Positions 10,936-24,700 of a stretch of 64,000 bases of DNA are shown here, one piece after another. The stretch is from Anthoceros angustus (lineage: Eukaryota; Plantae; Anthocerotophyta), in the NCBI GenBank assembly GCA_010909165.1, contig VJWM01000209.1:124001-188000 (forward strand), written 5' to 3'. Each line of letters opens with the position of its first letter. Position 1 is the stretch's first letter. A program made the translations under genes and the position numbers. The notes under the pieces were generated by a model. The model saw only the letters and a list, made by a program, of their open reading frames with translations. It was not told the DNA's origin and did no database searches.

Positions 10936-13406
10936 TCCTCCTCCTCGGGCGGAACCACCGGGTGTTGGACAAGCTACGTTCTCGGTGGGGACGTTGGTAA
11001 GTAGTTGTTTGTTTTCTAGGCCAGATGGTCTAAACAATTTGTGGGAAACCGGTGGCTAGGCCTCCAAGTTTCCGAGTGATTGGTCGGGTGCGCCTCTTAA
11101 GGCAAACCCAGTCTCTTTTTGTAGCCTTGCCCTTGGTCCATAGGCCAAGGACAAATTAAGGCTAGGATTGTTGCTCTGGGCGAAGGCCAAGGAGATCGCA
11201 GGCGGAGCTTAGTGACCCTAGCCTTGTGGGAGGCAGGTGCAAGTATTCACGGTCCTGGCATGCAGATGTTGCTTTCCTCAAGGCCAAGGTTGATTTCAGG
11301 AGGCCGAGGTTTCGTTTTAAAGAGTTAAGGCCCTCTGTCTTCTTGAAGTTCTTGTCCATTTTAAACTTCACGTTATTTTCATTGTTTTCTCATCTATGTT
11401 TCTTTCTTTGTTGTTTTTGTATGCGGTTTTGGTGTTGTTTTGCTACGCGGTGGTGTTCGCGCTCCGGTGTATGGGATGCGTTTTTATTCATCTGTCGGTT
11501 TAAGTGTTTTTCTACCTCACCCTTCGTGGCTTTTTGTATCGCGGCTTTTTTAATCTCGCCTTCCGATGTTGTTTTTCTTTGTCTTGTGATTCCTAAATCA
11601 TAGGAATGACTACTTTGCTATGATGGTATTTGGTTTACGTTAAGATAGCTCCGTTGCTAGTTGATTTGTTCGTAGGTTGTCTTTGTTTATTTGTTTCTTT
11701 TTGATGCCGAGATGGTCTGCCGTTTTGTGAAACGACAAGCGATATCGTCTGCGTTTTGAGCCTTCATTCTATTGTTGCATCTAGTTGAAGGTTGCGTCCG
11801 CTCCATGAGTGATTCTTCGCTCTTTTTGACCTTCTTAACGGTCGCTTCGCTTGATTGTTGGAACCGACCTTTATCTCGCTCGCTTGTTGTCGTGTGGTCA
11901 TGGCTTGCACGCTTGCATCTCTCGCTTGTTTTTGTCTCGTGTCTCGGCTGACCTGTGTTCTTGTTTTGTTGCCGTGGATGTGTGTGTCGCTTTAAACATG
12001 TTTTAACCTCAGACATAAGCTTGGTTCTTGCCGATTGCGCTTGTACTTTCTCTTGACTTGTTTGCCGCTGACGCCATCGCCGATTGTGTCTCTCGTTTTT
12101 GAAATCGACCAGATCCGCTTGTCTCGAGAGTTTCGGCTCGCTGTTACTTCCAAGCTAAGTTTTGTTTAGGTCTGCTTTTATGTGCGATTCTTTCACCTTC
12201 ACGCTTGTTTTTCACCTTCTGTAAACGCTGCTATAACTTGTTCGTTTTGTCTGAAGTGACTTTTTGTCTCTCGCTTGATGCCGTCTGGTTCCATGGCTTG
12301 GTTTTGTTTTGCTTCACGCTTATTTTGTCTCCGCTAGTCTCGATCAGATTGCTTCGCCATCGCTTTTTGTTTTTCACGCCTTAATATGAGTTTGTGACTG
12401 TCAAAAGTTTTCGGCCCTCGTGATGTTCTTGCTTTCCTCGTGTGTTCTTACCTTCCTGCTTTTGATGCCATGTTTTCGGTCTATGTATGACATATTTCGA
12501 TTTTGTTTGGTACGCCAATGAACCTTTGTAATGCCTTTATGAAGATGTCGCTTTTGAAAAATGCGCCGATTAGATTCTCTTCGTAGCTTGTATTAGTTTT
12601 CATTGTCTTTTGTCTGCTTGACGTAGAAGTAATTTCAAGATTTTCTGCTCCAAGACAGTGTTGGTAAATGTGGTGTCCGAATCATATGCCAGCTTTTCAT
12701 TTGTCTTATTTTATTTATCATCCTTTGCATCACAAAGAACCGTAATGCAAAGGATGATAAATCGTTTGTCTTTTAAGCCCGCAGTTGCATTCTTGTTCTT
12801 ATTTGTTTTGTTTTGCGCATAAGCTTTGTCGGGAGGAAATTTGTCATGTAACCTTGATCCGGTATGTCAACTTTTTTAGACCGATGATCGGTTTTGATAT
12901 GTCCGCATATGCCTTCGCTTGTCAAGTTTGCTTTGCTACCACTTTGGTTATCTAATCCATCAAATTGTGTGTGTAGGCATTGCTGCTATCGTGTGAAGGG
13001 TTGGCCCGCCAACGCTCGACTGGTCTCGGTGAATCGATAACCTTCATTTGTCCATTGAATCTCCTAGATCGATGTTCGTAGTCAGCTTGTGCACCGGCCT
13101 AACATTTTTGTGTTGTTTTTTGATATTATTCGCAAAAGGGTCTAATTACAGCAAGATGTGGGTACTTTTGGGAAAGGAGTTTCTGCTCTCACTAACATAA
13201 AGTGGAGGGATCAATTTGACAATGTGTAGATTCAATGAATGTTCTGCCCATATCCCCACACCCCTTTCGCCTTAAATTGTTTTATAATCATCTTAGACCC
13301 TTCAACAGAAGTTCATTTGAAGTTCGAACACCACGAAGTGTTTTTTGTTGTGGTTTTGTTTGTTCTTTAGTGTCGTGTTCCTTGTCCACTCTAATGCTGT
13401 GGCTTG

Positions 13407-16400
13407 ATGGCACCCAAAAAGGAAACCCACCGGGCCTTCGGACCGGAAAGAAGCAAGGGTCCTCGGCCAAGTCATGGCTAAGTCAGACACTAGACTGGTC
13501 AAGTCACCGCTCCACATCGCAACTCATCCACCGCAGGATGATGGTAAAGTTGATGGTTGGTGCATGTGAAGGAACATATTTAGTTCCAAAAAGGCATTCC
13601 TAACCGCCAAGGCACTTCTCATCCAAGAAGGATGCTCGACGCAAAGTTTGTGTTTGCAGAAGAGGAGAAGGGTGGACACTCGACCGTGGCATTGGTTGAA
13701 GGTCCTCTGCGAGATTACTAACTATGTCCCATTGTCCGAGAGAGAGAGTCCACAGGGGGAGAATGATTTCTTGATAACCGACGATCCCATGGTTGTGAGG
13801 CCGCCAAAGCCTGCCTAGAGTCTAGAGATTTGTGTGGTTGAACAGATGCTTCCGGGTGCTTTCCATGCCTGTGGTTCCCACTGAGTCATCCCCGATCAAG
13901 AAGTGCTCGATATGTTTGAGAGGCTAAAGTGTGTGGTCCCAAGATGACTTTGCCATGGGTATGGAGGAAATTGATGATGAAGAAATTTTCGAGAGTGGAT
14001 TTGACCCTCCCCGAGGGAGCCGTGAATGATGCTTTGAGTGGTGGGGAGGATAGGTCAAAACGCGTAATAATCGTGTCAAGTCGCCTCGTGGCCTTTATGA
14101 AAGTGAGGGGTCGATGGATAGCTGCTGAGGATATTCCTTACAAGGATCTAAATCTTATTCGATACCCTTTTTCCATCAAGTTCGAATCAAGGACAACAGA
14201 GATTTTCTCCAGAAACGTAAGTTGTGATGTTTTCTTACTTGTTGATTTTGATAGTTCTGACTTTCCTTTCACATGACTGATTGCCGATCTTCACTCAGTG
14301 CTGATGTCTTTCTTCGTGGGTTTAACCGGATTTTAACAAGGAAGTGCATCCCAACCAAAGCCGCTTGGTTCGATGTTCCGGTGATCAACTGTTTCATGGA
14401 ATTTTCCATGGGTCCTGTACATGGCCCATGAAAATCAGCAAGGACCTTGGGATTGTGTCATGTCGAAAAGAGGTGAAGTTGATTTCGATGATGAGCTGAT
14501 CGATTCTTTCACGTAGATCATCAATGCTCATTTGGGGCTCAAAAAGGTAATATTGTTGGTTTTGGGGTGCACTTTGATTGTTCATTTATGGTCTCTTAAA
14601 CCTGAGCCCTTATGCTTATCTTGTTTTGTGTGTGCATATTTTTGCATGACCAGTTTGGAGTTCGAGGTGGTGAAGAGTTACATAACCCGCTCATTAGGGA
14701 CTTCTCATTTGCATCGATTCAAAGCGGACCTTTTGTTCAAGAGGTGTAGTCTTTTGTTTTACCGCTTGTTTGATGTTTTGATGTATCAGATTGAGCTCGC
14801 TCTTCATTTGCAGTATGAAGAACGGATTCAAAAATTACAAAGTGGATGAAGAATTACCAGAGTGAGCATTTCCCAAAAGGTCAAGATCTAAAAGGACGCC
14901 ATCGAAACCTTTAAAGTCATATTGATCACTCTCCCAAGTGGTCTCGCAACATGACAAGAATTTGTCAATTCAGTGGGTTTCTCTTCAATTCAACCATTGA
15001 TAACCCAAGATCCAATGTAAGTTTTGGTTTATTGGGCTTGAGTTTTGTGGTTTGTATTTACTAACTCGCTTGTTTTTGTTCAGCTTGGTATGCAAAACTT
15101 CGTGGTTTCAAAAGGAATGTCACAAGATTTATGAAGACCATGGTCAAGCCGGGCTTGTTGGCTATACACCAATAAGAGCTGCCGTGTAACGATGATTACA
15201 CGCTTGACGATGGCCTGTGTGCCCTCCGGCCGGGAGAAGTGTGACCGCCATAAAACGGATGCCGGATTTTCAAGGTAATATGTTGTGAAAGCTTGTGACA
15301 TTTGAGTCTTTGTATGCTCGATCCTAACGCTCTCATATGTTTTGCGTGATATGACCGCTCGTCAAGCAAAGCAGTACAAAGAGTTCTTGTTCGTGAACAC
15401 GATCTTATCGAGCTTTTAAATGAAGAACTCAATCGATGCAGATGATTTAAGGGTGTTCTTCCATCAACAGGTTGAATGTAACTCGAAATAGTATTTAGTC
15501 ACCAAGATCAAATGTTTTGTTTATTGGGCTTAAGTTTTGTGGTTTGTATTTACTAACTTGTTTTTTTGTTCAGCTTGGTATGCAAAACTCGTTTCAAAAG
15601 GAATGCTGTCAAGGTTTATGAAGACCATGGCTGAAGCAGCTGGGCTTGTTGGCTATTACACCAATAAGAGCTGCCGTGTAACGATGATTACACGTTTGAC
15701 GATGGCTCAGGTGCCTCTGATGCTGGGAGAAGTGTGACTGGCCATAAAACGGATGCTGGATTTTCAAGGTAATATGTTGTGAAAGCTTGTGACATTTGAG
15801 TCCTTTGTATGCTCCTTCCTGACGTTCTGATATGTTTTGCAGATATGACCGCTCAAGTCAAAAACAAAAGAAGAGTTCTTGTTCTCGTGAACGCGATCTT
15901 ATCGAGCTTTTAAATGAAGAACTCAATCGGATGCGGATGATTTAAGGGTGTTCTTCCGTCAATGTTGAATGTAACTCCCGAAATAGTATTTTAGTCACCA
16001 AGATCCCCTTGCAAGTGCAACACGTTAGTAATGTAAGTGTTTGAGATTTGTATCAAGTATGTAGGGACTTGTGTCAAACTCGTGTCCCGACTTGTTTTCT
16101 CGATTTGTCGTGTCTTTCCTCCGTGGCTACCCCGTTATTCATCATGAAAGCACCGAACAATGTTGGACCGAATCGAGTTTTTCCGCACCATGTGGTCCAT
16201 CGTGTCTTGAAGTTCAGTTGGTATTGTGAAGTTGCTTTGTTGTAGTCCGCCATGTTAGTTTTTTAATCATACCGGTTTTGTTTTACCGTGCACCTTCCAA
16301 AGCGCTGCTAAGGCATCCAGATGGACAAGCACAAAGTGGTGTTCTACTAAAATATGTTGACAAGGTTGATTCTTTCGTTTGTTTTGTTGTTTTCATTCAT

Positions 16401-17260
16401 TTTGGAGTTTCCGATTGTGTTCTTCTTGGCGATTGTGGATCCTTCGACTAGTGTAAGGTGCCATCGTCCCTCATTTCAACATTGATACGAGGGAAGTTGA
16501 TGCGTGGGCCTCCGTTGGAGGGCATTGTGTGAGTGAGTGAATCATCCGGGTTAACCAGACGTATGTGGTGTGGTAGCACTGATATATTGCACTGTGGACC
16601 AAATGGAAATGTAAGTGGCTTTGAGCAAGCTTGCATCTCCGAGAACGGAATTGAGAATGACAAATTGAAACAGAAATGGAGTTTCAAAAGGCAAAAGGAT
16701 TTGGAGGCACTTATAGAGAGACAGAGGAAAGCTTGAATTACGAGTCTCTAAGCAAAGAGAGAAAGCCCTTGAGATTCAGAGGCGAGAAATGGAGAGGAGA
16801 CAAGAGCATATTAAGCATCAAGAGAATCAAGCAGCAGAAAGAGCAAGAGGTTCGAGATTACAGTGGGAAAGACAACAGAGTAAGGATGTGCCTCGAGATA
16901 TTTCAATCGCTATCTCGCGAAAATCCGATCGTAAGCTTTATGCTTTTATTAATCGCTTTACTAGATTGAAAATTAATGGTTGTGTTGTTTTAGGTTGTGA
17001 CCTTGCGTGAAGATGGTCAATTTCGCCCAAGTCCTCGCCTTCATCAATTGGCTGCCAATTATGATAATGCGCATAAGTACCAATCAAGCCAAGTGGTCGT
17101 GAAAATTACATTTTCAATCAGATAATTGTACAAGAATTTCCCAAAATAAGGTGAGTATCAATGTTTTTATTTTTAGTGTTTACTAGTAGCATAATTACGG
17201 TTTGGGTGCTAATTTTGGTTTTGTTTGTAGGTTTCTTGTTGAAGCAGAGTTCACTCTAAC
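13407..17260 (+). CDS. Intron-containing Crypton/DUF3504-like tyrosine recombinase with C-terminal coiled-coil extension (frameshifted as assembled)
   Basis: Start MAPKRKP. Motifs: EDIPYKDLNLI; QFGVRGGEELHN (Arg codon 14663-14665); YEER.SKNYK; exon 15574-15768 WYAK..SKGMLSRFMKTMAEAAGLVGYYTNKSCRVTMITRL...VTGHKTDAGFS, spliced to R-Y-D-R (Tyr 15844-15846). GT-AG introns. The 3' end is approximate. Confidence 0.85.
15015..16000 (+). repeat. ~490-bp tandem duplication of the YR catalytic exons
   Basis: ttcagcttggtatgcaaaact...tatttagtcaccaagatc occurs twice; the first copy is more degraded. Confidence 0.9.
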
Positions 17261-17339
17261 GTATTTACTCTTCATTAGTTGAATTATTATGCATTCGATA
17301 TACAGAAACTCGCAAAGAAAAGGGTTCTTTGTTGGTTTT

Positions 17340-17657
17340 TGTATATCCCGGATCCGCATGAATATTATTTAATGTAAAATGTTTTTGTCGATTAGCGATT
17401 TTGGTGGGATTTCTAGAATGAGCTTCTACTAGACGCACCGTATTCACTTGGTCGCCATGTTTTCTACTCTAGTGCTCGCTTTTCCACCTTGATGGTAGAT
17501 CATATCAATTCACTTGGCATGTTTTCTACTATATTGTAATGAATTTTACTATACTGGTAAAATAATGGCCAAAAGGCCGATTCTCTCTAAAATTCACCCG
17601 CACTCCCGAAAAAAATCACAGCTGGCCGAGGCCCCTGCATTTGAGGTCACACTTTCG
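17340..17657 (-). repeat. Head terminus of B1
   Basis: Reverse complement matches 313-620 (plus strand reads ggatccgcatgaatatt, attagcgattttggtgggatttctagaa, ttcacttgg, ccgaggccc, actttcg). Confidence 0.85.
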
Positions 17658-19099
17658 GTGCTCCACCCCGCCAATGTGAGGATAGTGTGCTCAAAATTAA
17701 ATGGAAGTGCTCACACTTGACCCGGAAGCGGCATCGACACCGCTATCTCCCCAACTCTCATCTAGGCCCACGCGACGCTTGGGGCGAGCACATCGGCTAA
17801 CCACTACAGACAAAGAATGACCCAGGTCAAACACAAAAGCATAGCCTTGGCACCCAATCGTGCCGCCTCCTTCCTTCCTACCGACACATGCTGGCAAGCC
17901 CCGGACAACCACATCGCAAGCCATCAAAACCGAAAGCCCCTTCGCTGCTCGTGATGAAGTCCGGTGTAGCATAAAACTGCCTGTCGGTTGTAGATGAAGC
18001 AGCCGCTGCAGATGATGAAAGTTGGCACCTGCCCGCCGACACCTTCATTGTCCCCACGTGCTTGGTGGTGGGCCCGGACACTTAAAGATGGCACGCTGGA
18101 GGGCCAGGTCTAAAAGAGGATCCTCCGCTTGTCCCATGGAGGGCCAATTGATCGCATACATTCCGCCGACTCGTGGTCGCTAGCAGAAATCGACTCAACT
18201 GAGCCCGCCAACAAAGTTCGCCTCGAGCATCGATGGCACCCCATTCCCAAGATACCTCCCTAACAGAAGGGTGGGTCTAAGTCGATCACGAGGATGTAAA
18301 CTTGTGGCCGAGGAGGAAAGGACTAAAAACATCTTGCTAGCCGGGTAGACACTCCACCACCACGCCATCTAGAAGTCGTGCTTGCAAGCGATCGCCCACC
18401 ACGGCCGCCACGAATGACGACCTCCTTCGCCTCTCAAAGATAGCTGGGCCTTTTCCCGCACAACCCACCCACCACCGCCTCCTTCGTGCATATGTTCATG
18501 AGTTGGCTCATCCCCATCCGGCATGTGCAGGGTTGAATTGAACCGGCACATCGTGGTTCATTCAGCATGGCTCCGCCACTCCAACACCTACCGATCCTTC
18601 CACCCACACAATGGGGATCTCGACGCCCACCACACCTAATGCCTCGCTACACATAGTCCCAAGGAAGGACGGGAGCCTCGCCTCCCAAATCCATATGGCG
18701 ATCGCGCCTCCTGGTTTGTGTTTGCTGCGTTGTCTCCTCCGAGGCGGCCTCGCATCACTGGGACTCACTACCCGCCCGCTGTGGTGGGAGGCTTCCGATA
18801 ATGTCGCCGGCGTGGGTAGCTCCATCGGCCTCCCGACACCTCGCCGGGTGCGCGAGGCCATTGCGCCCAGAAGCGGGAAACCACGGCGAGGTGAAGAAGG
18901 GAGGACGGGGAGGAATACGCCCCCATGCCCCCGCCAGATTCCGGTGATGCTTTGGAAAGTCTTGAGCGCAGCGTAAGCTTTAACTCAAAGTGGAAAGGAT
19001 GTGTGGAGATGTGCTCTTTCTACCCGAAACCCCAATTAAGCATGGTGTCATTTGGACCATCGAGTGATCGGGCAAAGTAACCACCCTTTCACACTACCA

Positions 19100-19544
19100 A
19101 CAGATTTTGTGCATCACACCGCAGCGCCCATACCGTTAGCCGTGCTTAGGCGTGAAAGATGGAGTGTGTCTCCCCAATCATGTAGGTAGCCCGTGTGCAA
19201 ACGGACATTTGGGCGATTCCTGAGCCGCTTAGAAAGAAGCGTCACATCGCCGACGGTGGCCTTCCAAACCCCGCCCATGTGTTGCCATAAATCGCCACCG
19301 GCCGCACTACATTGTGTTCGCGATATGGAGGATATGGCCCCTCCGCCCCGCGATGGATGATCCACCATTGTATTGCCCATGTCCCGACCGCCGCCGTGAA
19401 TACGCCACGGTCCCGTCCGCTTTTGGGATATGTTAGCACGCTGCAGATGATGTCTTTTGACTTGCAAATGCCGGGCTCAAGAGCTTGCTTCATATGCTTC
19501 CGTGCATCGACTACACACATGCTGTGTGGTCGACGTCATTATTA
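19100..19544 (+). pseudogene. N-terminal part of CACTA transposase (element C2), interrupted by A2
   Basis: PPLYCPCPD (CPC motif of the CACTA transposase-associated N-terminal domain) and RRHYY, which continues after 25403 as LERYPDK. The C1 element has HHYYK at the equivalent place. Confidence 0.55.
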
Positions 19545-21394
19545 CGAAAAGTCGCTGCACCGTCTCCACGAATACTAGCTCGATTTTTTTCTAATAGAGG
19601 TAGATTTCTAGAAAGAGAATTGACCATTTGGTCATTTTTTTAACTCAATATAGTAAAATCTATCACAATAGAGTAGAAAACATGGCATTCAGGGTGAAAT
19701 GCATCCACCATAAATGTTGAAACCAGGGCAGCAGGGTAGAAAAAAATTGACTCCAAGTGAATACCAGGTACATCTAGATGAAAGCTCATTCTAGAAATCC
19801 CACCAAATCGCTAACCGAAACATATTCGTAAATACCATACCATTCAGAGTGAACCAGCCCATAAAAGGTAAAGGTCAAACAATGTAATAAATACACAACA
19901 AAGGCAACAATGATGATGTTGCAATGCATGTGACAGACACAATGTAGAACGAATGTATGCATCTTTGACACAAAGATGAAAACATACCACTGCTGTTTCA
20001 TCGGCTAGAATTTTTGTGTTTCTTCAGGATCTTGTTCAAGCCCCCACACTCTCCTGCTCGCCAAGACATACAAAGTAAGCAACTAAAAGCACCAAACAAA
20101 GCTAACAGCAAACTCTGAAAACGCCACAAACAAAACAATGAAACTATAGTCCTGAAATGACACACACCAAACAAAACATTGGACACAAAGAATGCAATCG
20201 CACCCAAATTACTTCCTCGCAGATATCCCACGACCGGATATCCTTCAAGCCGCCCAAACTCTTCTGCATGACAAAACATACTGGAAATAATTAACTGAAA
20301 GGAAGCTACAAAGCTGACAAAACTTTATTGCTAGTCTACAAGACAATGAATGACAGAGATTAGCAAACTTATGAACTGAGGAGAAAACAAAACCAACACA
20401 TAGGTAAGAGTAATGACACAACCAAAAGATTGCAAAGCTATACAATGGACAGACAACACGGGAAATCAATGGTGAGGCTTGAAAGCCCTAAACGGAAGAC
20501 ACAACCAAACAAACAACGATCGTCATTTACTTTCCGTAGTATTAGTTAAGTCTGGATCTTTTCAAGCTTCCGGCAGACCCCTGCATCGAAACATACGGAG
20601 GTGAGAAACTGAAAGAAAGATCAGGAAACTCACAGGAAGATGCATAACATCGAGGACAATCAAGCCAAATGTTAAACGAAACAAATAACGGAAACCTTCA
20701 CAAACTAGACAAAGAACATACATAAAACTCTATGTTCTACGATGGACGAACACAAGGTGACAACTGAAACAAAAATAGGAGATAAAGATGGAAACTTCTT
20801 TATGTATCCAGAAACGCGGTAGCAACAAAATAAGAAGACTTACGGCGACTAAAGAGGAACATCGTGAACACGGCGGCAGAACTCAACAAAACATATAGAT
20901 AGAAGACCAATTTTCCATCTAAACAATCGAAAGTCGCGACGTGGTAAATGAAACACAAAAGCGCTCATACTTCAATGTCCAACCAATAACTTCAAAACTC
21001 CCTACTAGCCTCCAGTGCAGGCCTTACAGTGCCTTTATATTGGTTTCAAGGGAAGTAATAAGAAAGACAAAGACACAGTATGCATAACAGAAAAAGACAA
21101 AGAAAGCGCATAGGAAACGACTTCACACATAGAAGTGCTTAACCTGCACCTTATTGGCAGACAATAGACCTGAACACACATAAACAACAGTTGATAAGGT
21201 CATCAACGGCTGAGAGGAAAAAAGCATGCACAAAACAAACCTGAATACCAACTCAACAGACCGCCATGAAACGCAACAACAAAACAAACTACAGCACACA
21301 AACCTGTCAAAGAGAAGAGCGCGCAGGCAGAGTAGCATGAAAAAGCGGAGAAAACCGCCGCAAAAAGACCAAGACACTCGAAACAAATGACATC

Positions 21395-21800
21395 GGCCTT
21401 TAAGTCGAAACCTTGGCCTTGAGGCAAACAACTTTGGCTTTTGAAGTAACAACCGTCACAACAAAACAGCAAATTCAAAACTACTTCAAAGCGGACTACC
21501 GGACTTGGACATCGGAAACCTTGGACTACAAAACAAAGACGCAACTAGAAGACCTTGGCCCTGAGCTACCCTAGGAAAAAGACAATACCATCCAAGAAAG
21601 AGTTTATATAGCATACAAAACCCTAACTCCTCTCCCTCCATCGGCAGCCATTCTCTCTCTGGACCTTGTTTGAATTTACGAACCTAGAATTCCAAACCAA
21701 ATTCCAAACCTACCTAAATCTATGATTGGTTGCCGCCGCCCAGCCAAACCTAAATTACACTTACCAAACCTAGCTTGACCACACCAAACCTTGAACCTCC
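21395..21800. promoter_or_regulatory. CCTTGGCC array plus putative divergent promoter of A2
   Basis: Minus-strand CTATATAAAC (~21602-21611), AAACCCTAA at 21618-21626, CT-rich tract, CCAAACCTA repeats and gattgg, in the same order as in A1. Confidence 0.55.
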
Positions 21801-21819
21801 GATGGGGCGTAAGCAGCTG

Positions 21820-24700
21820 CCGACCAATCAAAGCGATTATGAGGTCATCCGCAAGAAACTTCCGACCTAACCCGTTGCTGCAGATGCATCGCGATCTCGA
21901 TCCTTGTCGCGCATTACGATGAAACCAATCGGTGATGGCGATTGATCGGAAGGAATCGTCCTCATTGCGACTCATCGTGCGTCCCTTCGCCACTGCTGCC
22001 GCCCGCCTACATCGCCGCCTTCCCGCTCCACCGCCATCCGCGCACGGCTCGTAGTCGCGCCGCCGCTCCGCTCAACTTCCTCTCGCCCAACTCTTGGCGA
22101 GAGGAAAGGCCGAACAAAAGGCGCGAAGCGTTAGCCGGGTTGGTGGGATCACGATTCGCTAGTTGATACGGCCTTGCTCTCTCGAGGTGCGATGCGAGAA
22201 GCCCCCGACGAGGCGAGCTTGATCTGGTCTCTTGATCTTGATGCTGCACCTCAGGCACCCGATCTCTCTCCCCAAAGGGCGCGAGGAAGTTTATGTCCAC
22301 ATTGGTGCCACCTGCAGAGGTCTTCAAGCTCTCCGTCTCTCCTTGAGCCAGTGAGTCCCCGGGCCCCGGCTATGGTGTGCACCACGATGTCGTGGTCCCT
22401 CCACGATGGCGCCACCAAGAACCGGTCTCCTTCTTTCGATTCCACAGGCGAGTTGCTTGCAGCGCGGAAAAGCGGCCTCGGGACTCCGGACGATCTGCGG
22501 CGCGCGGGCTCGCCATCGACTGCTGGTTTACCTTGCGGGCTTGCGTGCGGCGGAGGAGTTAAGAAGAGTCTCGAGCAACATGGTGTCCTTGGGAAGCCGG
22601 GCAAGTCTTGATTTGATGTGATCCGGTCCCCATTGAGCGTGGCGGGGTGGGGTTGGTGAAGGGATGGCGATCCGTTCTTCCGATCACAATGGCGGGGGCC
22701 GCCAACATGGTGCAGACGGGTACACCAAAGGCGTGGAGCCGAGATCATGGGCACCTTCGGTCCTCACACCGTGTACTCGACCACCGCCAGAGGAATGCGC
22801 GTGATTCTCACGTTCGGTATGAACATGAACCGGATTCAGGAGCGTGGTGTCGATTATCGTTGGGCATGTTGGGTGTTGGTGGTTGACCGCTTCCGCGTGC
22901 CGCATAGATTCTCGCGCCTTGCCGATCGGATTCGCGGTGTTGTGGTGATTCTTGCCGCTTCCGATCACGGACGGAATCAACCCAGAGCTTGAGTTGCGCC
23001 GTCATGGACCCGCCGCAAAGTCCGGCGTGATCATGTGAGTGAGCCATTTCGTTGAATGCATTTGGCAGCACCGCTTGAATGCGGCTGGCCATGGCTCGCT
23101 TTGACAAAATGTTTGTTGTGGTCTCCGGTTTCGGGCACCAAGGCTCCATCGTTGGCTCATGATGGTATCCTACCTGCGCTGCACGTGGGTGTTGGGACGG
23201 GCCGTTTATCGGTGCCGCCTTGGCGTGACCTACCGACACAGTAATCCGTGGCGCCCAGAGTTCGAGCCTCACGTGCCGACACGGCTAACTGGCCCCGCAA
23301 CTTCCTTGCGCGGCGCCCCACAAGATCAACAACAGCCGATCGATCGTCGCATGTCCTAGATTTGTTGATGCAAGGAACTCTAGCTCGAGGAGGCGAAACG
23401 GAATTGTGCATTGAGATTGCAATGTTTTCAAATTGTTCACCGAAATGGCAGAGCGACATGTGAGTATTATGGTGGCTACCGTGGTTTTGGCGTTAGTAAT
23501 GGGGTCCTGGTGTGTTTTCGGCTGAAATGTTTCTTGCCTTGTGGACTTAAAGGTTGCGTCTTGGCTACATATGAGTTTTGCAGACACGGATCCATGAGAG
23601 GCTGCTCAATGGCATACATTGAGTATTTTTCTTGCCCTGATTCCTACCATTGATGTCCATGATCCAAGGCTCAAAGCGAGAATGCGGTAAAAAATGCTGC
23701 TCTTCATGTGTGTGGAGAGAAAGTTGAGGTGAACTACCAGGTTTGAGCTTGTGGGATAGTGCCTGGCTGCCCTTGCAATCAATTTCTTGCGCATCGTGAG
23801 ATTAGCCTGCTAGGATGTAAAGCATGTCGTCATGCTCTAATGCTATTGTCTTCTGCTGCAGATTTGTGGACCGCCCTAATTAACTGAGGAAGCCAAACCG
23901 GATGTAAAGCCAACTCCTCCTCAAAATCCGTTGCCACCATGGCTCAAATCGAGGCATGCGCAATGTCGGGCTCCTTAAGTTGCATGATGACCAAATTGTT
24001 AGCGGTGTTATCTCTTCGTCTGGACTTGTTTAACTTGTGTTCTCTTGATCATTCCCAAGTCTCGAGATAGCAACCCGACGCACCGACTTGCAAGTGCACG
24101 TGGATGTTTTTGTTTGCGCTTTGACCACAGAGGGGCTAGGGATGGGCCATCGATGAGTGAAGTTGAGCACAACACTATGTGATCTTGTGACCTCCACACG
24201 ATAAGGGTGTTAAGGAAATGATGAGTCTTTATGTCATTTGCTCATTGTATATCAAGGTTATAACGGGTTGAAGATTCTGCAAAAGTAGCTTTAGAGCTCG
24301 GCCCATGGCGCTCCAACCCACGACGATATTTCAAGTAAGCTTGCTCGCGTGGCCTGTTTGTTGTCTGCGCTTCAGGACCGCATCGGGGACTAAAGCCGCC
24401 TAAACCTTTCTATCAAAGTCATCAAGAATTGTCGAGTAGCATCAAAGAAACACGACTACAACGAACTTGTAAGGTAAAGTAGTATAGTACATCATTTTCA
24501 GTTCGAGTTCACCAACAGTTCGAGCTTAGGTTTTGCGTTCTTGTCAGCCGCCGAATATCATTGCTCGGTAATCAAATTTGATTGCCCGTTCATCCGTTTC
24601 CTTAGTGGTAATTACACGGCAAGCATCGCTTAGAACAGTGTAAGTGATTTTCACTTAATCGCATATCCAAAGAGTCAGAGCCGCATGCGATGCTGTCAAG
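21820..24700 (+). CDS. Probable spliced cargo gene(s) of A2, unknown product
   Basis: GC-rich coding-like segment 21820-23460 with fragmented ORFs, followed by intron-like segments. No recognisable domain; not visibly similar to the A1 cargo. Confidence 0.3.

Larger units (their letters stand above)
11060..17657 (-). mobile_element. Element B1: recombinase-bearing member in inverted orientation; left end uncertain (possibly 9757)
   Basis: Inverted head at 17340-17657, AAGGCCAAGG array at 11060-11330, T-rich leader 11330-13300, and a YR gene colinear with the reverse complement of 32460-37000. Confidence 0.75.

Noticed and set aside
13407-17260. YR as part of a DIRS/Ngaro retrotransposon together with the nearby RT
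   Set aside because: The RT has its own DDE integrase, the YR has many introns, and the B2 copy has no RT.
313-17657. ~300-bp inverted repeats (313-620 / 17340-17657) suggesting one 17-kb TIR transposon
   Set aside because: They are the heads of two independent, oppositely oriented insertions. The left flank rejoins at 6251, not 17658.
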